A stretch of 64,000 nucleotides of DNA from the NCBI RefSeq assembly GCF_009914755.1, contig NC_060926.1; one strand, written 5' to 3'. The notes below the pieces were generated by a model that saw nothing but the letters and a program-made list of their open reading frames with translations, ran no database searches and was not told the origin of the DNA. Source of the DNA: the human T2T-CHM13v2.0 reference genome, Homo sapiens. The first letter of the stretch is position 1. Every line of letters begins with the position of its first letter. This document shows, in pieces, positions 27,880 to 42,283 of the stretch. Made by a program: the position numbers and the translations under genes.

Positions 27880-28146
27880 TTATTTATTTATTTATTTAAC
27901 ACAGAGCAAGAGCTCTGTCACCTAGGCTGGAGTACAGGGGCTGTCTCGGCTCATTGCAGTCTTGACCTCCTGGGCTCAAGCAATCCTCCATTTCAGCATC
28001 CTGAGTGGCTAGTACCACAGGTGTTCACCACCAAGCCTGTTGGGGCTTTTTATTTTTTATACATATGAGGTCTCACTATGTTGCTCAGGCTTGTCTAAAA
28101 CTCCTGGGCTCAAGCAATCCTCTCACCTTGGCATCCCAAAGTGCTC
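27880..28146 (-). mobile_element. AluJ (5'-truncated)
   Basis: Reverse Alu containing CCTGGGCTCAAGCAATCC. Confidence 0.9.
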
Positions 28147-28994
28147 CATGTAAACCTTGAAATCAGTTTGTGGTTACTAACAAAATAGCTGGCCAGGATT
28201 TTTATTGTGATTACTCTGAATCTATAGATCAAGTTGAGAAGAATTGACACCCTAGCAATATTGAGTCTCTCAATCCAAACATGGATCATATCCCCATTTG
28301 TTTAGATATTATTTATTTTATCAGAGTACAGTGGTTTTCAGCATATAATCTGTATATATTTCATTAGGATTATACCTAAGCATTCATTTCTTTTCTAATT
28401 ATTATAAATGTATATCTTACTTTAAATTTTAATCGCCATTGCTGACATATATGAAAGCATTTGACTTTTATACACTAAACTCATGTTCTGCAATCTTGCT
28501 AGACCAACGTCTTACTTCCAGAATTATTTTGGTCTTTTCTTTGATATTTTCTGCATAGACAATCATGTCATCTGTGAACACAGAAACTTATGTTTCTTCC
28601 CTGACAATCTGTATACCTTTTATTTCCTTTCCTTGTCTTATTGAACTATCTAGGATTCAATTCAATAGAATTCTAGTACAATTTAATTTATTGCACTCCC
28701 TAGGATAGTACAATGATGAATAGGAGTGGTAAAAAATAATATCCTTGCCTTCTCTCAATAGTAGGGAAAATTGCCCAGTTTTTTAACTGTCAAGTATAAT
28801 GTGGGCTATAGGTTCTTTGTAGATGTCCTTTATCAATTAGAGGAGGTTTCTCTATAATACAAGTTATTGAGAATTTTTATCACAAATGGCTGTTGGATTT
28901 TGTCAAATGTTTTTTCTCTATCTATTGATAAGATCATGTAATTTTTCTTTTTCAGGCTGCTGACGTGATAAATTACATTGACTTTTAACAGAGT

Positions 28995-29872
28995 CTAAAG
29001 TTGGTTCTCTGAGATGATCAATAAAATGATAAAATTCTACCCAAGTTAAAAGCAAACAAACAGGAGAGAAGATACAATTACAAATATAAGATGTGAAATG
29101 GGACATTACTACTCATACCCTGGACAGTAAAATGATAATAAAAGAATACTTTGAGAAATGCTATGCTTACAAATTTGATAACCTAGGTGAAATAGTCCAA
29201 TTTCTTGAAAGATGCAAACTATCAAAACTCATACAAGGAGACATAATGATATGGTTTGGATTTGTGTCCCCCCACCAAATCTCATGTCAAACTGTAATCC
29301 TCAATGTTGGAGGAAGGGCCTGATGAGAGGCGATTGAATCATGGGAGCAAATATCCCGCTTGCTTTCTGTTAATAGTAAGTCTCATGAGATATGGTTGTT
29401 TAACAGTGTTGCACCTTCCCCTTTTCTCTTCCTGCTGCTCCAGTTATATAAGACGAGCTGCTTCCCCTTTGCCTTCTGCCAGTATTCTAAGTTTCCTGAG
29501 GCCTCCCCAGCCATGCTACCTGTACAACCTGCGGATCCTTGAGCCATCTAATCCTCTTTTCTTTATAAGTTACCCAGTCTCAGGTATTTCTTTATAGCAG
29601 TGCAGCAATGGACTAATACATGTACTTACACACTCAAACATAAGAAATTAAATCAAACATAAATAACTCATGAGGTCAACATTACCCTAATACCAAAGCT
29701 AGATAAAAATTACAATAAAGCAAAACTATAAACTAATGTTTCCCATTAACATATGTAAAAATACTCTCAACAAAATATTACCAAATCATACCCAAAAATA
29801 TATTTTAAAGTTACACATATGACCAAGTTGAGCCTATTTCAGTAACGCAGACAGAACTGGTTCAATATGTGA
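28995..29872 (+). mobile_element. inverted upstream ORF2 segment of the adjacent L1MC
   Basis: Sense ORF2 (YAYKFDNLGEI peptide at 29093-29323) ending where the minus-strand piece begins in L1 coordinates. Confidence 0.7.
29247..29620 (+). mobile_element. MSTA-type solo LTR
   Basis: TGATATGGTTTGGATTTGTGTCCCC...GGACTAATACA. Confidence 0.92.
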
Positions 29873-30098
29873 GAGTACGATGAGATCTAATTGTTTCAAG
29901 TTATAAAAGTTATGTCATCTTTTTGCCTGGAGAGACTAAAAATGTTGCCTTCATCATTGAAAGCCAAACATTTTACAAGGATATATAGAAAAGCAACAAC
30001 AAAGCAGCATATTTAAGAAACATAGTAAAAAGGATCAACCTTCCCTCCTGGATTTAAGGATAGGCTAATAGTGGCTTATAGGTCTTTTATGTATGACA

Positions 30099-30260
30099 TA
30101 TTGTTAAGTAAATTAAGTAAATTCCCTATTGTTAAGTAAATTAATTACTTAAGTTAATCTATTGTTAAATCTATTGTTAAGTAAATTATGTAAAATTCTC
30201 TATTGTTGAGTAAATTAAATAAAACAGTTCTCTATTGTTAAGTAAATTAAGTAAATTCTC
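30099..30260. repeat. degenerate ~28-33 bp tandem repeat (TATTGTTAAGTAAATT...)
   Basis: Six units start with TATTGTT. Confidence 0.9.
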
Positions 30261-30518
30261 TCAGAGTAAGATGTGACTTTTTATTTACTTATAAAAATGA
30301 GATTTATGATCGAGAGAGACTATAAGTGGATGTTAGAGACATTTTGATATTAATGATGGTATTTTAGGTTTCTGAGTTCTATGGAATTAGTTCTCTGATG
30401 TTTAATTTAGTAAAATAAAAAAGAGGAATTGCTAGTTCAGAAATGTTTGACGTTCACATTTATAATAAATAGTTGGCCCACCTTGAATAATTTTGAATTA
30501 TATGTGATCTCTCTTTAG

Positions 30519-30678
30519 GTAATGCCCTTCCTTCAATGCAGGATGGAGACTGAGAAAGCAAGATGTTGGCTACCAGAAATGGAGTTTCAAAAATTTTCTT
30601 AAAAGCTCTATTGGACAATAAAAACATATAATGCTATCTGCCAAATTAAAAAAACAGAAGCTCTGTGCCCGTATATCA
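30519..30678 (+). other. candidate exon 2 of the chain (160 nt)
   Basis: GATCTCTCTTTAG|GTAATG...TATCA|GTAAGT in non-repeat DNA; one stop in phase 0. Confidence 0.3.
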
Positions 30679-31279
30679 GTAAGTAGATAAAATCAATGCT
30701 GAACTGTCCAAATCAGTAAAACATTTTCAAAAGTCATCAATATTTTGGATCAGAGCATTTAAATGTTTTATATGAGACTTGGAAGAAATAGCAAAGGACT
30801 TCATACATTCCAAGGGAATAACTATCCAGGTTAACTGCTGACTTTTCTTCCAAGTGAAAACAAGTATACTTATTAATAAAAACCTTAATAAAAGCTGAGC
30901 ATACAATCTATTATAGTAAAGAATTTGTATAAATATGGAACAAGCACGCTATGTTTAGGTTTGGAGAAGAAATTGTTAATTTGTTAATTTGTTAATTGTT
31001 CTGTATATCTTTGACAAGTCTATATTCTTGAATATTAGATTATTTTACAAAAGCTTAACATGTTACAGGGGCTGGTACAAGGAATATATATATATATATA
31101 TTTTTTCTAGTACTTTTCTAGATTTTCTTTTCTGGTTACTGTTTTCTGAAGACCTTCCTTGCCTTCAGTTTTTAAAAGATACTGAGAAATTTTAAGTAGC
31201 AGTTTAAAAATATTAAATTGGACTCTTAAGGGCTCTATTCCAATTATTCTGCCTAAGTCTTGGAAATTTTTGCTTGTAG

Positions 31280-31331
31280 GGATTCTGAGACCATAGCAAA
31301 TGCTTTGGTTATTTCTTGAATTACATATAGT
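31280..31331 (+). other. candidate exon 3 of the chain (52 nt)
   Basis: TTTTTGCTTGTAG|...TAGT|GTAAGT. Confidence 0.28.
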
Positions 31332-31929
31332 GTAAGTCTACTGACTTCCAAATTAGCTGCAATTTAATCATATGTTGAAAAAATTTCTGAGACTTCTAAA
31401 AATAGTTTTTCTTCAGTATATTTTATCTGGTAGTTCCATTTGCAAAGTAGTTCTTTACCTATTACATTTGTAAGGTTTTTACCAAAAAGAACTGTTCTCC
31501 TGTAATAGTCCCAAAGTAAAAGTCTCAGGTTGAGACATGGAAAAGTGCTTAGGACAGTTAGAATTCTCTCTGCTTGAATGAATTTAGCAATTATAGGGAT
31601 ATGATTTTATGTTAGCAGGATTGATGGCAGGTAGAGTTGATATCCATGTAAAATAAGAAAGCTGTATTACAGCCTCATCAAATGTATATGTCTACCTTTT
31701 CTTTATGAAATACTCTTATAATTGGGAACAGAAACAAAAAGGAGAAATATCTTAGAGGTAAAACAAAGATCACATGAAAATGAAGAAAACAGAATGAAAA
31801 TACTCATTGCAAGAATATTCACCCAAATGACACATCTCCAAATCAATAGGTTTAATTATAATTTAATTATAATATACTTTTATAAATATTTATATGCATG
31901 TCTCAGAATATTGAATTTCTTGTTCTAGG

Positions 31930-34900
31930 AAATTGACCATTTATATGTTCAAAATAAGTGATATACTAGTCAAAGCAATCTGAGAAATGAAACTATGAAA
32001 ACAATTTAACAATGGCATAAAAAGGAATAAATATTTAGGAATAAATTTAATAAAGAAGTGTAAGATTTATATGCTAAAACTATAAAATAGTGCTGAGAAA
32101 AATTATAGCAGATGTAAATACACAGAGAGACTGTCTATTTTCACGAAATATAGGAACTACTATAATGAAAATAGCAATCCTCTCCAAATTGTCTACAGAT
32201 TTCATTAAATTCCTATCTAAATAATAGCTGTATATTCTGGAGTAATTGACAAGCTAATCTTAAAACGTATATAGAAATCCAAGGGACCCAGAGTATTAAA
32301 AAAATATTTAAAAAGGAGAAAAATGGTAGATGACTTATACTACATGGTTATAATACTCTAAATTCATAGTAATTAAGATAGTGCGATACTGGCAAAGAAT
32401 TGAACACATAGATTAATGAAACTGAATTGATAGTCTACAAATAAACTCTAATTTATGGTTAGCCAATCTTTAACAAAGGTAGCAAGATAATTTAATGGGA
32501 AAGAATAATTTTTCAGCAAGTTGTGCTGAAACATATGGATACCCACATGCAAAAACAAACAAACAAACAAAAATATATATATATCTTACCCTTACACCAT
32601 ACATGAATATTAACTCAAGGTAGATCATAGTTCTAAATATAAGCACTAAAACTGCAAACTTTTAAAAAGAAAACATAGAAGAAAATCATCTTGAACTTGA
32701 ATTAGACAAGGAGTTTAGATACAACACCAAAAGTATGAACGATAAATAAAAAATTATAAATTGGACTTTATTAAAATACAAACAAAATTGTACTTAAGTA
32801 GGAGAGGCAGAGCAAGATGACAGAATAGAAGATTCCACTGGTTGTCCCTCCCACTGCCCTGCAAGGACACTGATTTAACAACTAAAAATCACCTTCATAA
32901 GAACTAAAAATCAAATGAGCACTCACAGTACCTGGTTTTAATTTCCTATCCCTGAGAGAGGTACTGAAGAGGTAGGAAAAACAGTGTTGAATTACCAATG
33001 CAACCTCTTCCCTATCCCCCAGCAGCCATGGCATGGTGCGGAGAGCATTTTTGTGCAATGGGGGGAAGGAGATTGCAGCAATTGTGAGGCATTAAACTCA
33101 GTGCTGCCCTTTACAGCAGAAAACAAAATCTGACCCAAATCAGGTGATACCTGCCTATGGAGGGAGCATTTAAACCAGCGCTAGCAAGAGAGGAATCTTC
33201 AATTCCAGCGGTCCAAACTTGAGTTCCCGCAGTCCTCAGCATTGTAAGCTAAATTGTGCTGGGGCCCTAAATAAATTTGAAAGGCAGTTTCAGCCTCCGG
33301 GACTGCAAATCCTAGTTTAGTCCTAGTGCTGAACTTGGTTCATAGACAGTGGACTCAGGGGCACATGACATACTGAAACAGCAGCTGGGGTGTCTAAGGG
33401 AGTGCTGTCATCACTCCTCCCCTAACCCCCGGCTGTACACCTCATGGCTCCAAAAAAGACCTCTTCCCTCTGCTTGAGGACAGGAAAAGTAGGGTGGACT
33501 TTTTCTTGTATTTTGGGTACCAACTCAGCCAAAGTGGGATAGGGCAGCAATCAGAGTCATGAGGCCCCCTTTCCAAGCCCTGACTCCCAGATGACATTCC
33601 TAGACACAGCCTGGACAAGAATGGAACCCACTGCCTTGAAGAGTAAAACAAAGTCATGACAGGATTCATCACCTGCTAACTGAAGAGTCCTTGGGCCCAG
33701 AATAACCAGCAGCAATACCAGTACTACACTGAGGGCCTCGGGTGAGCCTCTGAGATTTGCTGCCTTCAAGTGAGACTAATCACATTCCCAGTTGTGGTGG
33801 CTAAGGGATGAGACTCCCTCCATTTAAGAAAAGTGGAGGGAAAAGTAAAGGGGACTTTGTCTTGCATGTTAGGTACCAGCTTGGCCACAGAAAGGTAGAG
33901 CACCAGACAGGCTCTTAGGTCCCTGATTCCAGAACTTGGCTCTTGCACAGCATTTTTGGACCTGTCCTGGGCCAGAGGAGAACCCACTGCCCCAAAGGGT
34001 GAGTCCCAAGACAGGCAACATTCACAACAAGCTGACTTAAGAGCCCTTGGGCCTTAAGGGAATATCAGTGGTAGTCTAGCAATACTCCCCATGGGCCTGT
34101 GGTGATGGTGGCCACAAGATGAGGCTCTTCTGCTTTTGAAAAGCAGGGGAATGGGTGCGAAGGAATGTGCCTTGTGGTTTGAAAGCCAGCGCTAAGAGTA
34201 GAATGCCAATCTCAGAGTTATTGGCCTTAAAAGGGGTGGTAGAGAACATGATAAGGATGGAAAGCTTATTCAACAAGAAAATAACAGAGAACTTCTAAAA
34301 CTGAAAGAATGATATCAGAGTCCCAGTACAAGAAGGTTATAGAACACCAAGCAGATTTTACCCAAAGAAGGCTATCTCAAGGCATTTAGTAATCAAATGC
34401 CCAAAGGTCAAGGATAAAGAAGGGATTCTAAAAGCAGCAAGAGAAAAGAAACAAATAACACACAATGGAGCTCTAATACATATGGCAGCAGACCTTTCAT
34501 TAGAAATCTTACAGGCCAGGAGAGAGTGGCATGACATACTCAGGTGATGAAGGAAAAAAATCTTTTACCCTAAAATAATATGTTCAGCAAAAATATCCTT
34601 TAAACATGAAGAAGAAACAAAGGCTTTGCCAGACAATCAAGAGCTGAGGAATTTCATCAACACCAGGCCTGTTCTACAAGAAATGCTAAAGGGAGTACTT
34701 CAATCAGAAAGAAAAGGACATTAATGAGTAATAAGAAAACATGTGAAGATGCAAAACTGCCTGGTAATAGTAACTACAGAGAAAAACACAGAATATTGTA
34801 ACACTATACCTGAGGTGTATAAAATATTTCTATCTTAAGTAGAAAGGCTAAATGATGAATCAATGAAAAATAATAACTACAACAACTTTTCAAGATATAG

Positions 34901-37900
34901 ATGATACAATCAGACATAAATAGAAATAATAAGTTAAAAAGTGGGGGAATGGAGTTAAGGCATACAGTCATCATTAATTTTCTTTTTGCTTGTTTGCTTG
35001 TTTATGCAAATGGTGTTTTATCAGCTTAAAATAATGGGTTATAAGATAGTATTTGCAAGAATCATGGTAACCTTAAACCCAAAAAGCATACAACATATAC
35101 ACAAAATATAAAAAGCAAGAAACTAAATCCTATCACCAGAGAAAATCACCTTCACTAAAAGGAAGCAAGGAAGCAAGGAAAAAGGAATAGAAGACCAGAA
35201 AACAGCAAAATGGCAGTAGTAAGTTCTTACTTATCAATAACATTGAATGTAAATGGCCTAAATTCTCCAGTCAAAAGATATAGAGTGGCTGAATGGATAC
35301 AAATAGAAGATCCAATGATCTTTTGCCTACAAGAAATGTAGTTTGCCTATTAAGACACACATAGACTGAAAATAAAGGGATGGAAAAATATATTCCATGC
35401 CAATGAAAACTAAAAAAAAGAGGAATAGCTGTACTTAAACAGATTTCAAGGCAAAAAATATGAAATGACAAAGATGGTCACTATATAATGATAAAGGGAA
35501 AAGGGATCAATTCACCAGAGGATATAAAAATTATAAATATATATGCACCCAACACTGGAGCACCCAAATATATAAAACAAATATTATTAGAGCTAAAGAT
35601 AAATATAGACCACAATACAATAATAGCTGTAGACTTCAACACCCCACTTTCAGCACTGGATATATCTTCTAGACAGAAAATTGACAAAGAGACATTGGAG
35701 TTAATCTGCACTATAAACCAAATGGACCTAATAGATATTTATGGAATATTTTATCCAACAGCTGCAGAATAAAAATCCTTTTCCTAGGCACATGGATCAT
35801 TCTCCAGAATAGACCATATGTTAAGTTACAAAACAAGTCTTAAAACATTAAAAAAGAAAGAAATAATATCAAGCATCTTCTCTGACCACAAGTATATGCC
35901 AACAAACTGGAATATCTGTAAATAATGTAAAAATCCTCAGGTACATACAACTACAAAGATTGAACCATGAAGAAATCCAAAACCTGAACAGACCAATAAC
36001 AAGTAACAAGATCTAAGTAAATCAAAAGTCTTCCAGTAAAGAAAATCCTGAGACCCAATGGCTTCACTGCAGAATTTTACCAAATATTTAAAGAAGAAAT
36101 TATACCAATCATACTCAAAATATTCCAAAAAAAAAAAGAGGAGGGAATACTTCCAAATTCATTCTACAAGACTAGTATTAGTCTGATACCAAAATTAGAT
36201 GAAGACACATTTAAAAAAAAGAAAGCTACAGGCCAGTATCTCTGATGAATATTGATTCAAAAATACACAAAATACTACTAAACAAAATTCAACAATACAT
36301 TTAAAATATCATGCATCATGAACAAGTGGAATTTATCCCTGGGATGTAAGTGTGGTTCATCATATGCAAGTCAATCAATGTGCTACATCATATCAACAGA
36401 ATGAGGAAAAAAACTAATAATCATTTCGATTGATGGTGAGAAAACATTTGATAAAATTCAACATCACTTTATAATAAAAGCCCTAGAAAACTGGGTGTAG
36501 AGGGAACATACCTCAACATAATAAAAGCCATATATAACAGAACCACAGCTAGTATCACATTGAATGAAAAGAAACTAAAAGCCTTTCCTCCAAGATCTGG
36601 AACACGACAAGAATTCCCACTGTCACCACTATTATTCAACATAGTACCAGAAGACCTCACTTGAGCAATCAGACGAGAGAAATAAAGGGCATTCAAATTA
36701 AAAAGGAAGAAATCTAATTGTCCTTGTTTATAGATGATATGGTCTTATATTTGGAAAAATCTAAAAACTTCACCAAAAAACTGTTAGAACTGATAAATTC
36801 AATAAAGTTGCAGGATACAAAATCAACATACAAAAGTCAGTAGCATTTCTATACACCTATGGTGAACAATCTGAACAAGAAATCAAAAAAGTAATCTCAT
36901 TTACAACAGCCACCAATAAAATTAAATACCTAGGAATTAACCAAAGAAGTGAAAGATCTCTATAATGAAAACTATAAAATACTGATAAAATAAATTGAAG
37001 AGGACACCAATAAATGAAAATATATTCCATGTTCATGGGTTGGAAGAATCAATATTGTTAAAATTTTCATACTATCCAAAGCAATCTGGAGATTCATTGA
37101 AATCTCTAGCAAAATACTAATGACATTATTCACAGAAATAGAAAAGAAATCCTAAAACTTATGTGGAACCAAAAACGACCCAGAGTAGCCCACATATCCT
37201 AAGCAAAAAAACAAAACTGGGAGAATCCCATTACCAGACTTCAAATTATACTACAGAGCTATAGTAACTAAAACAGGATGGCACTGGCACACAGACACAT
37301 AGACCAATGGAACAGAATAGAGAACCCAGAAACAAATTCACATGCCTATAGTGAACTCATTTTCAACAAAGGTGCCAAGAATATATACTGGGAAAAAGAC
37401 AGTCTTTTTAATAAAATGATGCTGGGGAAACTGAATATTCATATAGAGAAGAATGAAACTAGACCACTATCTCTTACCATATATAAAAATAAAATCAAAA
37501 TTTATTAAAGACTTACATCTAAGACCTCAACCTATGAAACTGCTAAAAGAAAACATCAAGGGAACTCTCCAAGACATTGTTCTGGGCCAAAATTTCTTGA
37601 TCAATAACTCACAGGCACAGGCAACCAAAGCAAAAGTGGACAAATGGGATCACATCAAGTTAAAAAGCTACTACACAGCAAAGGGAACAATAAGAAAAGT
37701 GAAGAGACAACCCACCAAATGGGAGAAAATATTTGTATACTACCCATCTGACAAGGAATTAACAACTAGAATATATAAGGAGTTCAAACAACTCTATAGG
37801 GAAAACAATCTACTAACCTGATTTTAAAATGGGCAAAATATTTGAATAGAAATTTATTAGAAGAAGAAGTGCAAATGGCAAACAGGTATATGAAAAGGTG

Positions 37901-39810
37901 CTCATCACTGATCATCAGAAAAAGGCAGATCAAAACTAAAATGAGATATCATCTCACCCTGCGTTAAAATGACTTACATCCAAACATAGGCAATAACAAA
38001 TGCTGGCAAGGATGTTGAGAAAATGGAACCCTTGTACACCGTTGGTAGAAATGTAAATTAGCACAATTACTATGGAGAAAAGTTTGGAGGTTGTTCAAAA
38101 AAGTAAAAATAGAGCTACCATACGATCCAGCAATCTCACTGCTGGGTATATACCCAAAGTAAAGAAATCGGTATATCAAAGATCTATCTGCACTCCCATG
38201 TTTGTTGTAGCACTGTTCACAATAGCCACAATTTGGAAGCAAACTAAGTGTCCATCAGCAGATGAATGGAGAAAGAAAATGTGATAAAGATGAATGGAGA
38301 AAGAAAATGTGGTAATTATACACAATGGAGTACTATTCAGCCATCAAAAACAATGAGATCCTGTCATTTGGAACAACGGAGGGAACTGGAGGTCAGTATG
38401 CTAAGTGAAGTAAGCCAGGCGCAGAAAGACAAACATCACATGTTATGACTTATTTGTAGTATCTATAATCAAAACAATTTTACTCATGGAGATACAGAGT
38501 ACAAGGATGGTTACCAGAGTCTGGTAAGGGTAATGGGAGGGGTGAAGGGAGGTGGAGATGGTTAATAAATACAAAAAATAGTTAAAAAGAATGAATAAGA
38601 CCTAGTATTTGATAGCAGAACATGTAAACTTTAGTCAATAATTGTAAATTTTAAAATAACTAAAAGGGTCTAATTGAATTGTTTATAACACAAAGGATAA
38701 ATGCTTGAGGAGATGGATACCCCATTTTTATGATGTGGTTATTATGTATTGCAAGTCTGTATCAAAATATCTCATGTAACCCACAAATATATACACCTAC
38801 TATGTACCCACAAAAATTAAAACGTTTTAAAATTATTTTTAAAAATGAAAATTACACTCTAAATGACACTTAGAAAAATATACAGTTCATAGACTGAGAG
38901 AAAATATCTGCAAATCGTATATCTAATACAAGGCTCTTAACCAAAATACATAAAGAATACTTACAACTGAGTAATAAGACCAACTACCTAACTTAAAATG
39001 AGTAAAATATTTGAATATTTCACAAAAATAAGACATATAAATGACCAATAAGCATATGAAAGAGTATTTGTGATCATTAGTCCTTACAGAAATACAATTT
39101 AAAACCACAATGAGACACACCCACTGGCTGTAATAAAAAGGCAGCTAATTCTACAAGCTGGTGAAGATGTGGAGAAACTACAACACATTTTTGCAGTTCT
39201 CACAAAGTTACATATGAGTAGAAATAAAAACCACCAATTTTACTGCTAAGAATCTAAGAAGGAATCTAACAAGAAGGAAAACCTATATTCAACAAAGATT
39301 TGTATGTAAATGTTCATAGCAGCATTATTTATTATAGCCAAAATTAAAAATAGTCCAAATATCCATCATGGAGAATGGATAAAGGAAATGTAACATATCG
39401 ATGCCATGGAATACCATTCAGCAATAACAAGAAATGAAATACAAACAAGCTAAAATATAAATGAGCCTCAGAAATATTATGCTAAATTAAATGCATGCCC
39501 ACAAATACACACAAAGCCATACACACATAAACCATATAATGTATAATTTCATTTATATAAAATATCAGGAAAGGCACAGTTATACATGAAAAAGGGAGAT
39601 CATCAGTAGCCTGGGACTAAGGGCGGAGTGTGATTTGACTGCAATTGGGCTCATGGGAATTTGGATGGGGCATTACAGAAATGTTCTAAAACTGAATTAT
39701 GTTAATGGTGTTAAAACTATAAATTCAGTTAAAATTATTGAACTATATTCATAAAATGGGTGGGTCAGTTTCATGCTATATAAATTTTATACCCATAAAG
39801 GTTTAAAATA
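31930..39810 (+). mobile_element. old L1M ORF2/3' end, split by the L1MA insertion
   Basis: ORF2-like sequence at 31930-32800 resumes at ~38850; diverged TSD AAAATTGTACT/AAAATTACACT. Confidence 0.75.
32800..38845 (+). mobile_element. near-full-length L1MA (MA2-4-like) with internal deletions
   Basis: 5' end GGAGAGGCAGAGCAAGATG; GC-richer 5'UTR; ORF1 C-terminal half; ORF2 EN peptide (NIYAPNTGAP...DFNTPLS at 35488-35772); RT region; 3' end TATGTACCCACAAAAATTAAAA. Confidence 0.92.
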
Positions 39811-40009
39811 ACATCATAAGTATAGTTTTTTCTCTTTAATATAAATGATTTGCAGATAAGTTACTTCTTTCATACCTAAGAACAGAATATGCATCATCCC
39901 TCCTATATTACCAAAGAGTCTTTTCAGAATTTTATCATTTTGTATTTTCAAATAATAAATATGGTTTTCTAAATTATTTATATTGTGTCTGCTTGTATTT
40001 TATTTCATT

Positions 40010-41690
40010 TACTTAAAACTACCTATGATGAGATATTAATGTCATAAAATTCACCTTTATAGTATACAATTCAGTAGCTTTTACATATTGAGTTTTGCAG
40101 CCATCACTACAATCTAAATTTAGAACATTTTACTATTTATAAAAAACATGTAACCATTATTAATCACTTTCCATCCTCTCCCTGTCCCTCCCACATCTAA
40201 GCAAACACTAATTTACTCTATGTCTGTATAGATTTGGCTATTCTGTATTTTTCATGTAAGTAGAATTATTCATTGTCATATTTTGTGGCTGATTTGTTTC
40301 ATTTAGCTTGATGTTTTAAGGTTTATCCAAGTCATAGCATGTATCAGGGTTTCATTCCTTATTGGGGGTAATAAAATTCCACTGGAGGGTGTACCACCTT
40401 GTGACTATCGTTAAGTGTATGCACATTTGGGTTGGCTGCACTTTTTGACTATTATAAATAATACAGTATGCACATTCATATTCAAGTTTTTGAGTGAACT
40501 ATGTTTTCATTTCTCTTGGATCTATATCTTAGAGTGAAATTGCTGAGTCATATAGTAACTCTATGTTTAACCTTTTGAGAAACTGCCAAAACATTTACTA
40601 AAGTGGATATACTATATTTCATTCCCATCATCAAAGTTTTGAGGGTTCCAATTTCTCAAAATCTTTGCCAACATTAGGGATTGGTCTGTCTTTTTTATTG
40701 TAGTCATTTTTTGAATGTGAAGTGGTATCTTATTGTGGTTTTTATTCATATTTCCTTATTAATGATGTTGAGCATTTTCATATGGTTATTTGCCATTTTT
40801 AAATCTTCTTTGGAAAAATTACTATTCATATCTTTTGCCCATTTTTTAATTGACATCATGTGTTTTTTGTTGAGTTTAAAAGTTTCTTATATATTCTACA
40901 TACAGATTTTCATCAGATATATAATTTGTTAATATTTTCCCATAGTTAGGTGTCTTTTCACTTTTTTAAAAAATTATTTATTATTTGTTTACTTTTTTAG
41001 AGACAGGGTCTTACTTATTTGCTGAGACTGAGGTACAGTGGTGCAGTCATAGCTCATTGCAGCCTCAGAAGCCTAGGCTCAAGCGATCCTCCCACCTTAG
41101 CCTCCTGAGTAGCTAGGATTACAGATAAATGTCATTATGACTGGTTAATTTTTAAATATTTTTGTAGAGGTTGCGTCTCACCATATTTCCCAGGCTGTTC
41201 TCAATTTCCTGGCCTTAAGAAAACCTGCCTCAGCCTCCCAAAATGCTTGGATTACAGGTGTAAGCCACTATGCCAAGCTGCTTTATTATGTCTTTGAAGC
41301 ACAAGATTTTCTCATTTTGATATAGTTCAATTTATCTATTTTTCCTTATCACACTTGGGTGCATCTAATGTTGTATTTTTAAAAAATGCCTAAACCAGGA
41401 TCTTGAAAATTACATTTCCGTTCTTCAAACAGTTGTATTATTTTATCTCTTACATTAACTCCTTGATCCTTTATAAGCTAATTTTTGTATATGGTGTAAG
41501 ATAGATTCCAAACTCAAATTTTTGTGTGTGGGTATAGAGTTGTCTCAGTACCATTTGTTTAAAATATAATTGTCTCCCTCATTTAATTGCCTTGGCACTC
41601 TTGTTGAAAAATCAATTGATAATAAATGTGTGGCTTTACTTCTAGACTCTTCAATTCTATTGAATTGATCTGCATGTCTATCCCTATTCT
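40010..41690 (-). mobile_element. L1MB-type 3' portion
   Basis: CATAAAATTCACC...TATACAATTCAGT...TTAGAACATTTT, reverse 3'UTR running into ORF2. Confidence 0.82.
40975..41278 (-). mobile_element. AluJ
   Basis: Diverged reverse Alu (AGAGACAGGGTCTT...GGCTCAAGCGATCCTCCC). Confidence 0.9.
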
Positions 41691-41756
41691 ATTTCAGTAC
41701 TTTAAATTTATTTTCTTTTCTTTCTTAAAATTTACTCTGCTGCCTTTTTTTTGTAG

Positions 41757-41835
41757 GTCTGTGAGTACAATGTCAGCTAATTCATTTATAAATATTCATA
41801 CAGTGTTAAAATGTGTTAAAAATGGAATTAAGGCC
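41757..41835 (+). other. candidate exon 4 of the chain (79 nt, open)
   Basis: CTGCCTTTTTTTTGTAG|...AAGGCC|GTGAGT; encodes SVSTMSANSFINIHTVLKCVKNGIKA. Confidence 0.33.
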
Positions 41836-41988
41836 GTGAGTTTACTTCTAAATACCGCTCATGATGAATCTGAATAAACATTTAAAAAATGAAAATAAAG
41901 CAAACGTTTTACAATTTTGTTTTTGTTTTAAACCACGGACTGTTTAGAAGCTTCTTCTGTTGTATTTACACATTTAAAAATTTTACTT

Positions 41989-42283
41989 GGCTGGGCGTGG
42001 TGGCTCACGCCTGTAATCCCAGCACTTTTGAAGGCCGAGGTGGGCAGATCACAAGGTCAGAAGATTGAGACCATCCTGGCCAATATGGTGAAATCCCGTC
42101 TCTACTAAAAATATAAAAATTAGCTGGGCATTGTGGCGTGTGCCTGTAATCTCAGCTACTCGGGAGGCTGATGGCAGGAGAATTGCTTGAACCAGGGAGT
42201 CAGAGGTTGCAGTGAGCTGAGATTGAGCCACTGCACTCCAGCCTGGCGATAGAGCGAGACTCTGTCTCAAACAAACAAAAAAA
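41989..42283 (+). mobile_element. AluSc
   Basis: GAGACCATCCTGGCC and CCTGGCGA; flanks AAAATTTTACTT/AAAATTCACTT. Confidence 0.93.

Noticed and set aside
30099-30260. CRISPR-like repeat-spacer look
   Set aside because: The 'spacers' are short, related to each other and AT-rich; the context is primate DNA with no cas genes
35210-38450. Functional L1 ORF2
   Set aside because: Many stops and frameshifts plus an internal deletion; only short peptides remain open
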